NCBI GenBank assembly: GCA_007376295.1 | Contig: VMGB01000001.1 | Coordinates: 413,969 to 477,968, forward strand | Length of the DNA stretch: 64,000 bases | Direction of reading: 5' to 3' | Source: Parcubacteria group bacterium Gr01-1014_13 | Lineage (GTDB): Bacteria > Patescibacteriota > Patescibacteriia > Magasanikbacterales > GWA2-37-8 | Shown: positions 19,081 to 28,558 of the stretch, in pieces | Position numbering within the stretch: position 1 is the stretch's first letter | Layout of the letters: each line of letters starts with the position of its first letter | Notes under the pieces: model-generated | Seen by the model: the letters and a program-made list of their open reading frames with translations, nothing else | Told to the model about the DNA's origin: nothing | Database searches by the model: none | Made by a program: the position numbers and the translations under genes

Positions 19081-20370
19081 TTAATAATCTTTCAACTTTC
19101 CAATAATACCCATACGTTGAATTTTTTCCAAAGCTTTGGCTTCGATTTGGCGAATACGTTCGCGGGTAACATCAAATTCTTGCCCTACTTCTTCCAAGGT
19201 ATGAGTAACACCATCAGTAAGACCAAATCTCATTTCCAAAATTTTCTGTTCGCGCGGAGAAAGGTCTTTGATAGCTTCTTTTACATAATCACGCAAAATC
19301 TGGAGTCCTGCCACTCTATCTGGCGGCATGTTTTTTACATCTTCCACAAAATCTTGCAACGAAGAATCATCGTCATCATCGCCGACTGACATTTCGAGCG
19401 ATACAGTGTCTTGAGAAATTTTTATAATATGATTTACCTTGGCAACATCTTCACCCATTTCGGCAGCCAACTCTTCTGGCGTAGGATCTCGTCCCAAATC
19501 TTGGAGCAATCTTCTTTGTACTTGTTGGAAACGATTAATAGTTTCCACCATGTGAACTGGAATACGAATAGTACGGGATTGGTCAGCCAAAGCGCGGGTG
19601 ATGGCTTGGCGTATCCACCAGGTGGCATAAGTAGAAAATTTAAAACCACGGCGATAATCAAACTTTTTTACCGCTCTAAACAAACCGATGTTGCCCTCTT
19701 GAATTAAATCCAACAACGAAAGTGATTTGCCCACGAATTTTTTGGCTATAGATACCACCAATCTTAAATTAGCTTCGATCAATCTTCTATCCGCTTCTTT
19801 ATCTCCTCGTTCTTTGCGTTTAGCCAAAGAAATTTCTTCTTCGGCTTTTAGAAGCGGGATTCTGCCGATTTCTCGAAGGTACATCTGAATAGGATCAGAA
19901 GAAATCTGTCCTAAGTCAAATGGGATATCCATATCTGGTTGTTTACCTTGAAAACCCTTTAATGTTTGGGAATGTTCCTCCCTTCGGCCAAGCAAATTAC
20001 CGGCTGTTTCCACAATAGAAACGCCGTTTTTATCTAATAAATCCATAAATCCCTCGTAAAGATCCAGACAACGCTCTGGCCGAGGGAAAACACCTTCAAC
20101 TTCAATTTGAGTAATAAATCCGCGGTTGCGGCCTTTGGCTATTAGGGCCCAGATATCTTTGAGGCTTGGTTCCGGAACTACTTCTTCTGCGGGAAATTTT
20201 TTAACTTTCTTATATTTTTTGTTTGGTTTAAAAGATTTTTTTCCTGAAAATTGTTTTTTAATTTTTTTAACACGTTTTTTCTTGACGATTTTATCCCTTT
20301 TTTGCTTACGCGTATGTTTAACGCGCAATGGCTTAGGATGCTTTTTAGTTGTCCCTCTTTTTTTTACCAT
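19081..20370 (-). CDS. rpoD: Primary sigma factor RpoD
   Basis: [55 protein letters not shown]...TRERIRQIE. Confidence 0.96.
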   Translation of the reverse strand: MVKKRGTTKKHPKPLRVKHTRKQKRDKIVKKKRVKKIKKQFSGKKSFKPNKKYKKVKKFPAEEVVPEPSLKDIWALIAKGRNRGFITQIEVEGVFPRPERCLDLYEGFMDLLDKNGVSIVETAGNLLGRREEHSQTLKGFQGKQPDMDIPFDLGQISSDPIQMYLREIGRIPLLKAEEEISLAKRKERGDKEADRRLIEANLRLVVSIAKKFVGKSLSLLDLIQEGNIGLFRAVKKFDYRRGFKFSTYATWWIRQAITRALADQSRTIRIPVHMVETINRFQQVQRRLLQDLGRDPTPEELAAEMGEDVAKVNHIIKISQDTVSLEMSVGDDDDDSSLQDFVEDVKNMPPDRVAGLQILRDYVKEAIKDLSPREQKILEMRFGLTDGVTHTLEEVGQEFDVTRERIRQIEAKALEKIQRMGIIGKLKDY

Positions 20371-20401
20371 AAGGGATTAATTAACAACGAATAAATTTAT
20401 T

Positions 20402-22171
20402 TTAATCTAATTCCATTATCTGCTTTAAAATTTGCTGTAGCAATTCTGTATTTTTGTTTTTTTCCGCTTCTTTTAGCGCGCTAGTTAATTCCGCGCGTTT
20501 ATCATTCTGCCATTGCGACTTTATACGCGCCACCAAAATATCTATTTCTTTTTTTGCTTTTGCCAAATCAAAGTCGCTATACTCTTTGTCTGCTTTTAGG
20601 ACTAAAATATCAATGGAGTTTTGCTGCTCCTTTTCAAGCGCCTCTTTTTGGTCTATAGAACCATTGTACTGCCTTTTTAATGATTCGTAAAGGCTTGCCA
20701 TCGAAGCTGGGGGGAAGAACGCCTGACTTGAACTCATATCATATTCCCCGAACAATTTGGGGAATTTTATAAATAAAGCAAAAATATTCTCGGCCAATAA
20801 GCGTGATTGGCTCTGTTGACCCCAGTTTTCATCCTTAGCTTTCTCTTGGGGAACGTTCTCTGCCTTGCCTTCATAATGCTTTGGTTTGGCCGAAGCAAGC
20901 CGGCGCATTTCGGCTGTTAAAGTAGCGTGATCAACACTTAATTCATCAGCCAATTTTTTTAACCAATGATCCCGCTCTACCGCATAAGGCAGACGGATTA
21001 TTTCCGCAAGCAGGGTATCAGCAATTTTTTGCTTTTGTTTTGGATCATGCTTATCCGCTCCCAGTAGCACGCTGGCAAAATACCATTCCATCACTTCTTT
21101 GGCATTTTCTACGGCTTTAAACCAAACTGCTGAATTCTTTTTCAAACATTCATCGGCGTCTTTACCAGCACCGGCCGGAATTTGAATAATTTTTATATTC
21201 ATCCCCTGCTCCAGCGCCAAATCTATACCGCGCTTAGCCGCATTTTGACCGGCCGCATCAGCGTCAAAAGCAATGGCGATATTATTGGAATATCTTTTTA
21301 ATAATTTTATCTGTTCAAATGTTAGGGCTGTACCCGAAGATGCCACGACATTTTTCATACCGGCCTGATGACAAGCAATCACATCCATCTGCCCTTCTAC
21401 CAACACCGTAAAATCTTTATTTTTAATTTCCGTTTTAGCTTTGTTTAATCCGTATAAAATCCGCGACTTATCAAACACCAAAGTTTGCGGGGTGTTTATA
21501 TATTTACCGCCAGACTTTTCTGTTTCAACCAGTACCCGGCCGGTAAAACCAACATTATTGCCATGCGCATCCCAAATCGGAAACATAATACGCCCGCGAA
21601 AACGATCGTAGACTCCTCCACCATCTTTTTTTATCGTCAACCCAGAAGCCAGTAGATCATCTACATTGTTTCCTTTTTTTAATAAATACTGAGTGAGTAG
21701 ATCCCACTGTTCGGGAATAAAACCAACTTTCCATTCTTCAATTGTTTCTGGTTTTAACTGCCGGCGTGATAAATAATCTCTGGCGCCACCGCTAGCAGGC
21801 ATCTCCAACAGAAACTGATGAAAAAAATATGCGGCTTTGGCATTTATTTCTAAAATTCTATTTTTCTGACTTTTGTTTATGTCGCTGACAAACGTATCTA
21901 ATTTTACTCCGGCTCTGTCTGCCAAAATTTTTAACGCCTCGGAAAATTCTAAACCTTCCATTTCCTGTAAAAAAGAAAAAACATCTCCGCCTTTACTGCA
22001 ACCAAAACAATGCCAGAATTGCTTTTCTGGATGAACCATAAATGAAGGAGATTTTTCATTATGGAATGGACAGTTGGCTTTCCAGTTAGCACCAGCTTTT
22101 TTCAGCGGAATATATTCGCCGATTATCTGCACAATATCCAATCTGTCTTTGATGGCTTGAGTGTCGGTCAT
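20402..22171 (-). CDS. dnaG: DNA primase
   Basis: CPFHNEKSPSF...HCFGC zinc finger, DRFRGRIMFP, KYINTP, VEGQMDV, FDADAAG. Confidence 0.97.
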   Translation of the reverse strand: MTDTQAIKDRLDIVQIIGEYIPLKKAGANWKANCPFHNEKSPSFMVHPEKQFWHCFGCSKGGDVFSFLQEMEGLEFSEALKILADRAGVKLDTFVSDINKSQKNRILEINAKAAYFFHQFLLEMPASGGARDYLSRRQLKPETIEEWKVGFIPEQWDLLTQYLLKKGNNVDDLLASGLTIKKDGGGVYDRFRGRIMFPIWDAHGNNVGFTGRVLVETEKSGGKYINTPQTLVFDKSRILYGLNKAKTEIKNKDFTVLVEGQMDVIACHQAGMKNVVASSGTALTFEQIKLLKRYSNNIAIAFDADAAGQNAAKRGIDLALEQGMNIKIIQIPAGAGKDADECLKKNSAVWFKAVENAKEVMEWYFASVLLGADKHDPKQKQKIADTLLAEIIRLPYAVERDHWLKKLADELSVDHATLTAEMRRLASAKPKHYEGKAENVPQEKAKDENWGQQSQSRLLAENIFALFIKFPKLFGEYDMSSSQAFFPPASMASLYESLKRQYNGSIDQKEALEKEQQNSIDILVLKADKEYSDFDLAKAKKEIDILVARIKSQWQNDKRAELTSALKEAEKNKNTELLQQILKQIMELD

Positions 22172-22271
22172 ATGTCGTTACTTTATCACAGTAGAAGCAA
22201 AACCAGCAAGCTACTAAGCATTGACAAAATGACTAAAAAAACATAAAATTCTCCTCAAAAGGAGAAAACAA

Positions 22272-22580
22272 ATGTTTACATTGAATTTGGATCTTGATAA
22301 AGTTAGGGAGTTCTACGAACCACACCCTGGTCATAACGAGAATGAGAAGATGAACTTTACCTTTCCAGCCGAAGTTAAGCAAGTGGCTGATGAACTGGCT
22401 GGTTGTAAGATGTCGGTTCGACAAGCCGTTTTAGCCTTCGAGGCTGCTATCATCAAAGGAAAGGTTAGAGGCCGCATATCTTTCGATAAAGATGAAGGAG
22501 AAAAATATATTACCTTAGAAGTTTTTTGCGCTGGCCGTTTCGATGTTAGTCATAAATTCAAGGTAATCAAGTGGCGCTAA
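22272..22580 (+). CDS. Hypothetical protein
   Basis: TTGACA-17-TAAAAT promoter (22221-22249) and AAGGAG SD; 102 aa. Confidence 0.65.
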   Translation: MFTLNLDLDKVREFYEPHPGHNENEKMNFTFPAEVKQVADELAGCKMSVRQAVLAFEAAIIKGKVRGRISFDKDEGEKYITLEVFCAGRFDVSHKFKVIKWR

Positions 22581-22587
22581 CTTGTAT

Positions 22588-22616
22588 TTGACAACCTGAT
22601 TGATGACCGATATAGT
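22588..22616 (+). promoter_or_regulatory. Sigma70 promoter for the tRNA-like RNA pair
   Basis: TTGACA-17 bp-TATAGT. Confidence 0.8.
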
Positions 22617-22628
22617 TTAAGTATGCTC

Positions 22629-22759
22629 GGAGCTGTAGTTTAATGGCAAAACTCTAGACAAGCCGACGCTCGTTCGCTCGGAATTCTCCGGGCGTATGGC
22701 TGGTGTACCACATCGTCGGGACTAGCTAGAACGCTCTGTTCAAACCGGAGCCAGCTCCA
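22629..22759 (+). ncRNA. tRNA-like RNA with a ~68-nt structured insert replacing the anticodon loop
   Basis: Acceptor GGAGCTG/CAGCTCC+A, D arm GTTT-AATGGCA-AAAC, stem TCTAG/CTAGA, T arm GCTCTG-TTCAAAC-CGGAGC; insert has CCGACG/CGTCGG and CGCTCGGA-ATTC-TCCGGGCG stems. Confidence 0.7.
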
Positions 22760-22793
22760 CTTTTTCTTCCTTAAGTTCTTTAAAATATTTTAT

Positions 22794-22867
22794 TGGGCGG
22801 TAGCTCAACCTAGAAAGAGTGCCTCGCTAACACCGAGGAAGTAGAGGTTCAATTCCTTTCCGCTCAA
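22794..22867 (+). tRNA. Atypical tRNA-Val with anticodon AAC (possibly a pseudo-tRNA)
   Basis: TGGGCGG/CCGCTCA+A, GCTC/GAGT D stem with a loop lacking GG, CCTCG-CTAACAC-CGAGG, AGAGG-TTCAATT-CCTTT. Confidence 0.7.
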
Positions 22868-22875
22868 CCCCACTT

Positions 22876-22913
22876 AGCCGGCGTGTTTCATTAAAGAAAC
22901 CACCGGCTTTTTT
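22876..22913 (+). terminator. Intrinsic terminator of the RNA unit
   Basis: agccgg...gtttc/gaaac...ccggct followed by a T-run. Confidence 0.75.
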
Positions 22914-22915
22914 AT

Positions 22916-24388
22916 TTATTTTTTCTCCCAATCCTGCACATCTTTTAAGTATTTGTCTTTTATTTCATCAAAGTATTTCTTAGCCGCTTCGTATTCATTA
23001 GGAATTATCCCGTCCAAAATCGCTTCTTCTATCGCCTCTTTTATCTTTCCCACAGTTGGACCCGGTTTCAATTTTGCCAGTTCCATAATCTCATCACCTC
23101 GTAATGGCGATTGAAACGCGCGTAATTTGTCTCTTTCCAAAACTTCGGCAATCTTTTTTTCCAGATTGTCGTAATTTTTTAATCTTTTTTCTTTTTTGGC
23201 TGGATTGCCGGTGGTAATATCACTGCGGCCCAAAATTAAAAGGTCGTTTAATTCATCACCCAGACTGACAACCAATCGCCGTACGGCCGAATCGCTGATG
23301 CCTTCATCCATTAGGCTGATAGGTTGCATATGCCAACGAACGAGTTTAGCTAAATAGTCGGTATCGCTTTTGGAAAAACGCAAACGACGGCTAATTTGAT
23401 AAACCATTTTTTTACCTACATGTTCATGCTGATGAAATGTCCAACCGACTTTTGGTATGAATTTCTTGGTATTAGGTTTACCAATATCATGAAAAAGACC
23501 AGCCAAACGAAGTAGTGTTTTGTCCGAAAACTCCGAAACGTTATCTACCACCTTAAATGTATGCGCCAGATTATCTTTGTGCTGATGACCATAAACATCC
23601 TCTACACCTTCCAATTTAGCTACTTCCGGCAATACAAAATCAAGTATGTGTGTCTGCCACATTAAAGTAAGACCAATGGATGGTTTGGGACAAGACATTA
23701 ATTTAAAAAGTTCTTCCTGAATTCTTTCAGCGGAAACAATTTTTAAACGCTCGCGGTTTTTGTGAATTGATTCCAAAGTTTTGGGATCAATAGAAAAATC
23801 CAACTGACTAGCAAAACGCACTGCTCGCATCATGCGCAACGGATCATCACTAAAAGTCTGGTCCGGATCCAGAGGCGTACGCAAAGTTTTGCTGGCCAAA
23901 TCTTTTCTGCCTTTAAATGGATCGATTAAATTCTTTTTTAATTTAGCTTCAGTTAATTTTTTACCATCTGCAAAAACAGCCGCGGGGACAGCCATACAAT
24001 TAACGGTAAAATCACGCCGTGCCAAATCTTCTTCGAGCGTCGTATGTTCTACTACCGGTTTACGAGAGTTAGGTTTGTATTTTTCTGTGCGCGCACCGGC
24101 AAATTCAAACATCAATTGATCATCTTCGGTTCCTAATATATACCGGGCGGTATCAAAATCCGGAAATTCGATTAAACTACCTGCCTTATCTACCGACTCG
24201 TCAAATTTTTTGGCAAATTCCAAACCACTGCCAACGACTACAAAATCAATATCTTTCTTTTGTTCCCGGCCCAACAAAAAATCACGCACAAAACCACCCA
24301 CGACATATATCGGTGTCTTGGAATCTTCGGAAACAGAATTAATTTTCTTTAGCACATCTAGCAATTGCATACTTTTTTCTCTCTTCAC
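22916..24388 (-). CDS. cca: CCA-adding tRNA nucleotidyltransferase with HD domain
   Basis: VGGFVRD, DIDF, DLARRDFTVN, DDPLRMMRAVRF, SAERI, HDIGK. Confidence 0.88.
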   Translation of the reverse strand: MKREKSMQLLDVLKKINSVSEDSKTPIYVVGGFVRDFLLGREQKKDIDFVVVGSGLEFAKKFDESVDKAGSLIEFPDFDTARYILGTEDDQLMFEFAGARTEKYKPNSRKPVVEHTTLEEDLARRDFTVNCMAVPAAVFADGKKLTEAKLKKNLIDPFKGRKDLASKTLRTPLDPDQTFSDDPLRMMRAVRFASQLDFSIDPKTLESIHKNRERLKIVSAERIQEELFKLMSCPKPSIGLTLMWQTHILDFVLPEVAKLEGVEDVYGHQHKDNLAHTFKVVDNVSEFSDKTLLRLAGLFHDIGKPNTKKFIPKVGWTFHQHEHVGKKMVYQISRRLRFSKSDTDYLAKLVRWHMQPISLMDEGISDSAVRRLVVSLGDELNDLLILGRSDITTGNPAKKEKRLKNYDNLEKKIAEVLERDKLRAFQSPLRGDEIMELAKLKPGPTVGKIKEAIEEAILDGIIPNEYEAAKKYFDEIKDKYLKDVQDWEKK

Positions 24389-24408
24389 TCCCTAGACCTT
24401 GCTTACTA

Positions 24409-25443
24409 TTATATTTTTTTGTTCATCCCCACTCTATTAGCCGCTACTTCTTCGGTAATTAAGCCCTCTTTTAATAATTTTTTAACAGAATTTTCCATGG
24501 TAGACATGCCTTCCTTTACTCCAGTTTGAATAGTTGATTTTATCTGGCCAATTTCGTTGTTTCTTACCAAGTTTGCGACAGCCGGCGTGTTAATCAAAAT
24601 TTCGCGCGCTGGCACTCGGCCACCATCTTTGGATGGTATTAACTGCTGAGCAACCACGCCGCGGAGCACGGATGATAATTGGATAAGGATTTGCTTTTGT
24701 TTTGAACCTTCAAATACATCCACAATACGTTCTACGGCCTCAGCTGCGCTAGGAGTGTGCAAAGTGGAAAATACCAAGTGGCCGGTTTCGGCCGCAGTAA
24801 GCACGGTGGCTATAGTCTCCGGGTCGCGCATTTCTCCCACCAAGATAACATTAGGGTCTTGGCGCAAAACGTGTTTTAGAGCGTTAGCAAAGGATTTTGT
24901 GTCTACCCCAATTTCACGCTGTTCAATTAAGCTTTTTTTATCTTCATATGCAAACTCTATCGGATCCTCTATGGTAATAATATGCGCTTTTCTGGTTTTA
25001 TTTATTTCTTCGATCATAGAGGCGATGGTCGTAGTCTTACCGCAACCAGTGGGCCCAGTAACTAAGACTAAACCATCTAACAAATTGGTCATCTCTAGTA
25101 GTGCTGGTTCAAAACGCAAATCTTCCGGAGTAGGAATTTCGGTAGGAATAACGCGGGCGCTTAAACCAATATTTTCCGACTGCTGATGTAAATTTACGCG
25201 AAAACGAGTGTCATCCAGTTGAAAACCAAAATCCAATTCTTTTTCTTCGGCGTATTTAGCTTGCTGTTCTTTGGTCAGCAACTCATTAATTCCAGCCTCT
25301 AAATCTTTATTACTCAAAGGTTTTTCATCCAATTCCTTTAATTCACCTTCTATTCGGAGCATTGGCAATTCACCGCCAACCAAATGCAGATCCGAAGCTT
25401 CTTGTTTGATTGCGTCTTTAAAATATGATTTTAGCTCGAGCAT
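24409..25443 (-). CDS. pilT: Type IV pilus retraction ATPase
   Basis: ASDLHL, GPTGCGKTTT, TIEDPIE, LRQDPNVILVGEMRD, AAETGHLVFSTLHT. Confidence 0.92.
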   Translation of the reverse strand: MLELKSYFKDAIKQEASDLHLVGGELPMLRIEGELKELDEKPLSNKDLEAGINELLTKEQQAKYAEEKELDFGFQLDDTRFRVNLHQQSENIGLSARVIPTEIPTPEDLRFEPALLEMTNLLDGLVLVTGPTGCGKTTTIASMIEEINKTRKAHIITIEDPIEFAYEDKKSLIEQREIGVDTKSFANALKHVLRQDPNVILVGEMRDPETIATVLTAAETGHLVFSTLHTPSAAEAVERIVDVFEGSKQKQILIQLSSVLRGVVAQQLIPSKDGGRVPAREILINTPAVANLVRNNEIGQIKSTIQTGVKEGMSTMENSVKKLLKEGLITEEVAANRVGMNKKI

Positions 25444-25540
25444 ACGATAATATAAATGATTAATGTTTAAATTGTATCACAGGCCCTTACTCTTGAAAAG
25501 CCCATTATGCCGTGCTAATCTACGGTAGAAGGAGATCGTC

Positions 25541-25747
25541 ATGACGGAAAAAAGTAACGATCCAAAAACAAGCAACGATCATAATCGTACTCCCAATCTC
25601 ATTTGGAGTTATGGGGGCGGCATGATCAGCGGAGGGCTGTTGGGTCTGTTTGGCGGTGTAAGTATTGGCGCCGCTATCGGCGCCAGCATTGCTTTTATTC
25701 TTGTATGGCTAACTCACCCACCCAAGGATAAACCCGATGCCAAATAA
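25541..25747 (+). CDS. Small Gly-rich membrane protein
   Basis: TTGAAA-17-TAATCT promoter, AAGGAG SD, glycine-zipper-like hydrophobic segment. Confidence 0.6.
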   Translation: MTEKSNDPKTSNDHNRTPNLIWSYGGGMISGGLLGLFGGVSIGAAIGASIAFILVWLTHPPKDKPDAK

Positions 25748-26027
25748 CCATTGTGATGCGTGGTGGGACTTGATTTTTGACAATAACAATCGCGGCAAGA
25801 TTTACGACCAATTTAACCGCGAACGAGCGGAGTTAATCGAGCATTTGGAGCATTGCGATATTTGCAAAAATGTAATTGGACAGATAGAGCCACTGTCAAC
25901 GTTCATGGATATTGACGAGCTGGCATCTTTAACTCCTGAGGAGTTCGCCATCCTGATACGAGAACTCTACAGCAATGCTCGAGGACTGGTGTTCGAGGAT
26001 GACGCTGTCAATATGGATCATGATTAG
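25737..26027 (+). CDS. Small zf-HC2 (ZAS-like) zinc-finger protein, paralogue A
   Basis: C..WWDL...R..L.EHLEHCDIC. Confidence 0.6.
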   Translation: MPNNHCDAWWDLIFDNNNRGKIYDQFNRERAELIEHLEHCDICKNVIGQIEPLSTFMDIDELASLTPEEFAILIRELYSNARGLVFEDDAVNMDHD

Positions 26028-26052
26028 ACACCGACTTTAAAGGAGTAGCGCC

Positions 26053-26304
26053 ATGACAAAAACACCTTGCGAGTTGTGGTTTGACTTATTCTGCGGCGAT
26101 TCACGATACACCAGCAAATTGTTCAATGACTTCTTGACCTACAGGTCTACGCTTACCAGACACCTTAAGCGTTGTGAAAAATGTAGGAACATATTCATAC
26201 AATTTAACGTAAGGGCCAGCATTATCCCAAATAGTAATATGAATGACCAAGAATTTTCCAAAGCCATTCGAGAGATTTGGAAGTTTGCTCGGAAGAAAAA
26301 ATAA
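26053..26304 (+). CDS. Small zf-HC2 (ZAS-like) zinc-finger protein, paralogue B
   Basis: C.LWFDL...R..L.RHLKRCEKC...EF...IRE; AAGGAG SD. Confidence 0.6.
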   Translation: MTKTPCELWFDLFCGDSRYTSKLFNDFLTYRSTLTRHLKRCEKCRNIFIQFNVRASIIPNSNMNDQEFSKAIREIWKFARKKK

Positions 26305-26358
26305 CGCTCATTTTTTACTCAGGAGAGAAAGCTTACCCTTTCTCTCTTCTACATTAAT

Positions 26359-26793
26359 ATGCTACTTACAACAAACTCACAATCAGAAACCGAGCGATTC
26401 GGAAAAAAACTTTCCGCCAAACTACGTGGTGGAGATATTTTGTTGTTATCAGGAGATTTAGGCGCAGGTAAAACTTCTCTCGTAAAAGGCTTGGCTAAAA
26501 GTTTAGGGATTAAGCATGAAATCACCAGCCCCACCTTCACTCTGATGAATACATACAAAGTCCAAGGTTCAAAGTCCAAAGTCAAAAATCTGGTCCATAT
26601 TGATACCTACCGACTTAAAGACGAAAAAGAATTGCTGGAAATTGGTGTGGAAGATTATTTAGGAAAACCGGATACGATTTGCGTAATAGAATGGCCGGAG
26701 AAAATTTCTGGCTTGTTAAAAAACAAAAAAACAACTTCAATTTCTTTTGAGCACGGTAATAAACCTGAGGAAAGAAAAATTTTAATCTCTTAA
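26359..26793 (+). CDS. tsaE: t6A biosynthesis ATPase TsaE
   Basis: GDLGAGKT, SPTFTL, HIDTYRL, IEWPE. Confidence 0.95.
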   Translation: MLLTTNSQSETERFGKKLSAKLRGGDILLLSGDLGAGKTSLVKGLAKSLGIKHEITSPTFTLMNTYKVQGSKSKVKNLVHIDTYRLKDEKELLEIGVEDYLGKPDTICVIEWPEKISGLLKNKKTTSISFEHGNKPEERKILIS

Positions 26794-27272
26794 TTTATCA
26801 AAGCGCGTAGCTTTGGATATCTGGAAAAAATAGGTAAATTTACGAGCCATTTCTCTACACCCCAGATGTGCCCGGCGCGGCAAGTGGCCAACAACAGAAG
26901 GCCGGATATATAAATTATATGTTGGTTTACCAAATAACTATTGGTACCGACCATAGGAAAATTTAAAAGAGGAAGGTAAAGCAAAAACATCAACAACATT
27001 CCCAGATAGGAGCTAATCCGCACGAATAAACCGAGCAATAGAGATACTCCCAGCAATGTCATCCCCCACTTCACCATAAAATCTACGACCGGCAAAACCT
27101 GAGGATTTGAAAACCACTGGAATAAATAAACGAAACTTTTTGCTTCCCCAATATATTTGGCAGAAGAAAATGTTGTGTCCAAAATATGGCTGATGCCGGC
27201 ATAAAGATACATCCAACCCATTGTGATACGCAATATAAACAAAGAAACTCTTTGTGGTTTTGACATTGACAT
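26790..27272 (-). CDS. DoxX-family membrane protein
   Basis: LRITMGW, LLLGLFVR; 4 TM helices. Confidence 0.75.
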   Translation of the reverse strand: MSMSKPQRVSLFILRITMGWMYLYAGISHILDTTFSSAKYIGEAKSFVYLFQWFSNPQVLPVVDFMVKWGMTLLGVSLLLGLFVRISSYLGMLLMFLLYLPLLNFPMVGTNSYLVNQHIIYISGLLLLATCRAGHIWGVEKWLVNLPIFSRYPKLRALIN

Positions 27273-27376
27273 ACTTTTTAAATTTAAAATTAAACCTATT
27301 TAATTATAGCATTTTTTCTCTTTTAAAAAAAGAGCGGTTTTGTGACTTGCTCAGGTCGTATTAACTAATTCACTAC

Positions 27377-27769
27377 TTACTTTTTCTTGCATTCTACTTC
27401 AAATCGCTCTTGTAACAATTTAAAGCGTCGAGATGTATTTTTGTCGGCTAGCAGAACAGACACTCCGATTTGTTTTATTTCCAACTCACCTGGATATTCT
27501 TTACCGAATTGAGAACGGGTAAAATCTATTACCTGTCCGTCCGGAAAAATATTCCAAAGATGAACCTTCATTTTAGCGAATTTTGTCCCTTTTAGATTTA
27601 CTCCGTAAATCTTCCCGCCAAATAAACTCTGCGCCAACAGGCTGATTATGGAACTATGCCCCCAAAACGGATTTTCCTTTGTCCAGCCTTTGGGATCAAA
27701 GCTTGTATCTTTGCCGCAAATTTGCGGCGAAATTTTCCTAAACTTTTTGACTGTCATTGGGACAATCAT
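27377..27769 (-). CDS. YunG-like protein
   Basis: WTKENP.WGH...FGGKI...HLWN...IDFTRSQF; AAAGGAGG SD. Confidence 0.55.
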   Translation of the reverse strand: MIVPMTVKKFRKISPQICGKDTSFDPKGWTKENPFWGHSSIISLLAQSLFGGKIYGVNLKGTKFAKMKVHLWNIFPDGQVIDFTRSQFGKEYPGELEIKQIGVSVLLADKNTSRRFKLLQERFEVECKKK

Positions 27770-27840
27770 GATTTTCCTCCTTTATGAGAATGCCCTCGAA
27801 TCAAGTTGTCTCAATTCAAGGGCAATACGAACATTTTTTG

Positions 27841-28392
27841 CTACATCCAGAGCCATGTAGTAATTACCACCGAAATGTTGTACAAGCTGTGCGCGGCCAC
27901 ACTGGAAAAGTATGATCCAAACCGGCTCGGACCATTACGGAACCAAAGCCGAGCAAGGAACAAACCGCCAACACCCTGCAACAAAACAGAAAAGTAACCA
28001 TACCCGTGCGCCAAACCAAAAGCAATAAACGACCAACCGAGAACCACAAACAGGAATTCCGGTCTTAGCGTCCCCTCTTTATCCGAGAGAGCCCGACAAG
28101 GACCGCGGAAAATGATTTCCTCCAAGAAAGGCGCGCCAAAAATAATGATTAGCACCTGCATCACCACAAATGGCGAAGTAAGCGCCTGTCCCAGCGAAAG
28201 GCTGTGCGATTGAAGCCAATAGTTTAGGGTAGCTCCCATCACTGGCATACTAGTGCCAAAATCAACAGAGGCCAACCCAATAGCCTTGAAAAAACTAACA
28301 ACAGCTAACATGCCAAACCACATAAGGAAAACCGTAAAGCCAATTTCTCCAATTTTAGCTCCAAGAGTCTTATGTTCTGCAGATCGAAACAT
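27841..28392 (-). CDS. CPBP/CAAX-family intramembrane metalloprotease
   Basis: EEIIFRG, FGLAH, AAHSLYN motifs. Confidence 0.85.
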   Translation of the reverse strand: MFRSAEHKTLGAKIGEIGFTVFLMWFGMLAVVSFFKAIGLASVDFGTSMPVMGATLNYWLQSHSLSLGQALTSPFVVMQVLIIIFGAPFLEEIIFRGPCRALSDKEGTLRPEFLFVVLGWSFIAFGLAHGYGYFSVLLQGVGGLFLARLWFRNGPSRFGSYFSSVAAHSLYNISVVITTWLWM

Positions 28393-28558
28393 TATGTACC
28401 TCTTTCTGCATGATCAGAACATGCAGATTGTATTGTAACTTAAAAAGACCAAGATTCTATCTTGTCCCCTGTGGATAACTATATTCGAAATGAGTGAGTG
28501 AAATAATTTGCTTGCAAATTTATTTCCGAGCGAATGAGAATATATGCGGCGAAGCCCC

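Noticed and set aside
22629-22759. tmRNA (3' end CAGCTCCA resembles ssrA)
   Set aside because: A3:U70 rather than G3:U70, a D stem is present, it is only 131 nt and has no tag-like reading frame
28470-28478. oriC, from a perfect DnaA box
   Set aside because: A single box, no cluster, no dnaA nearby and no switch in gene orientation
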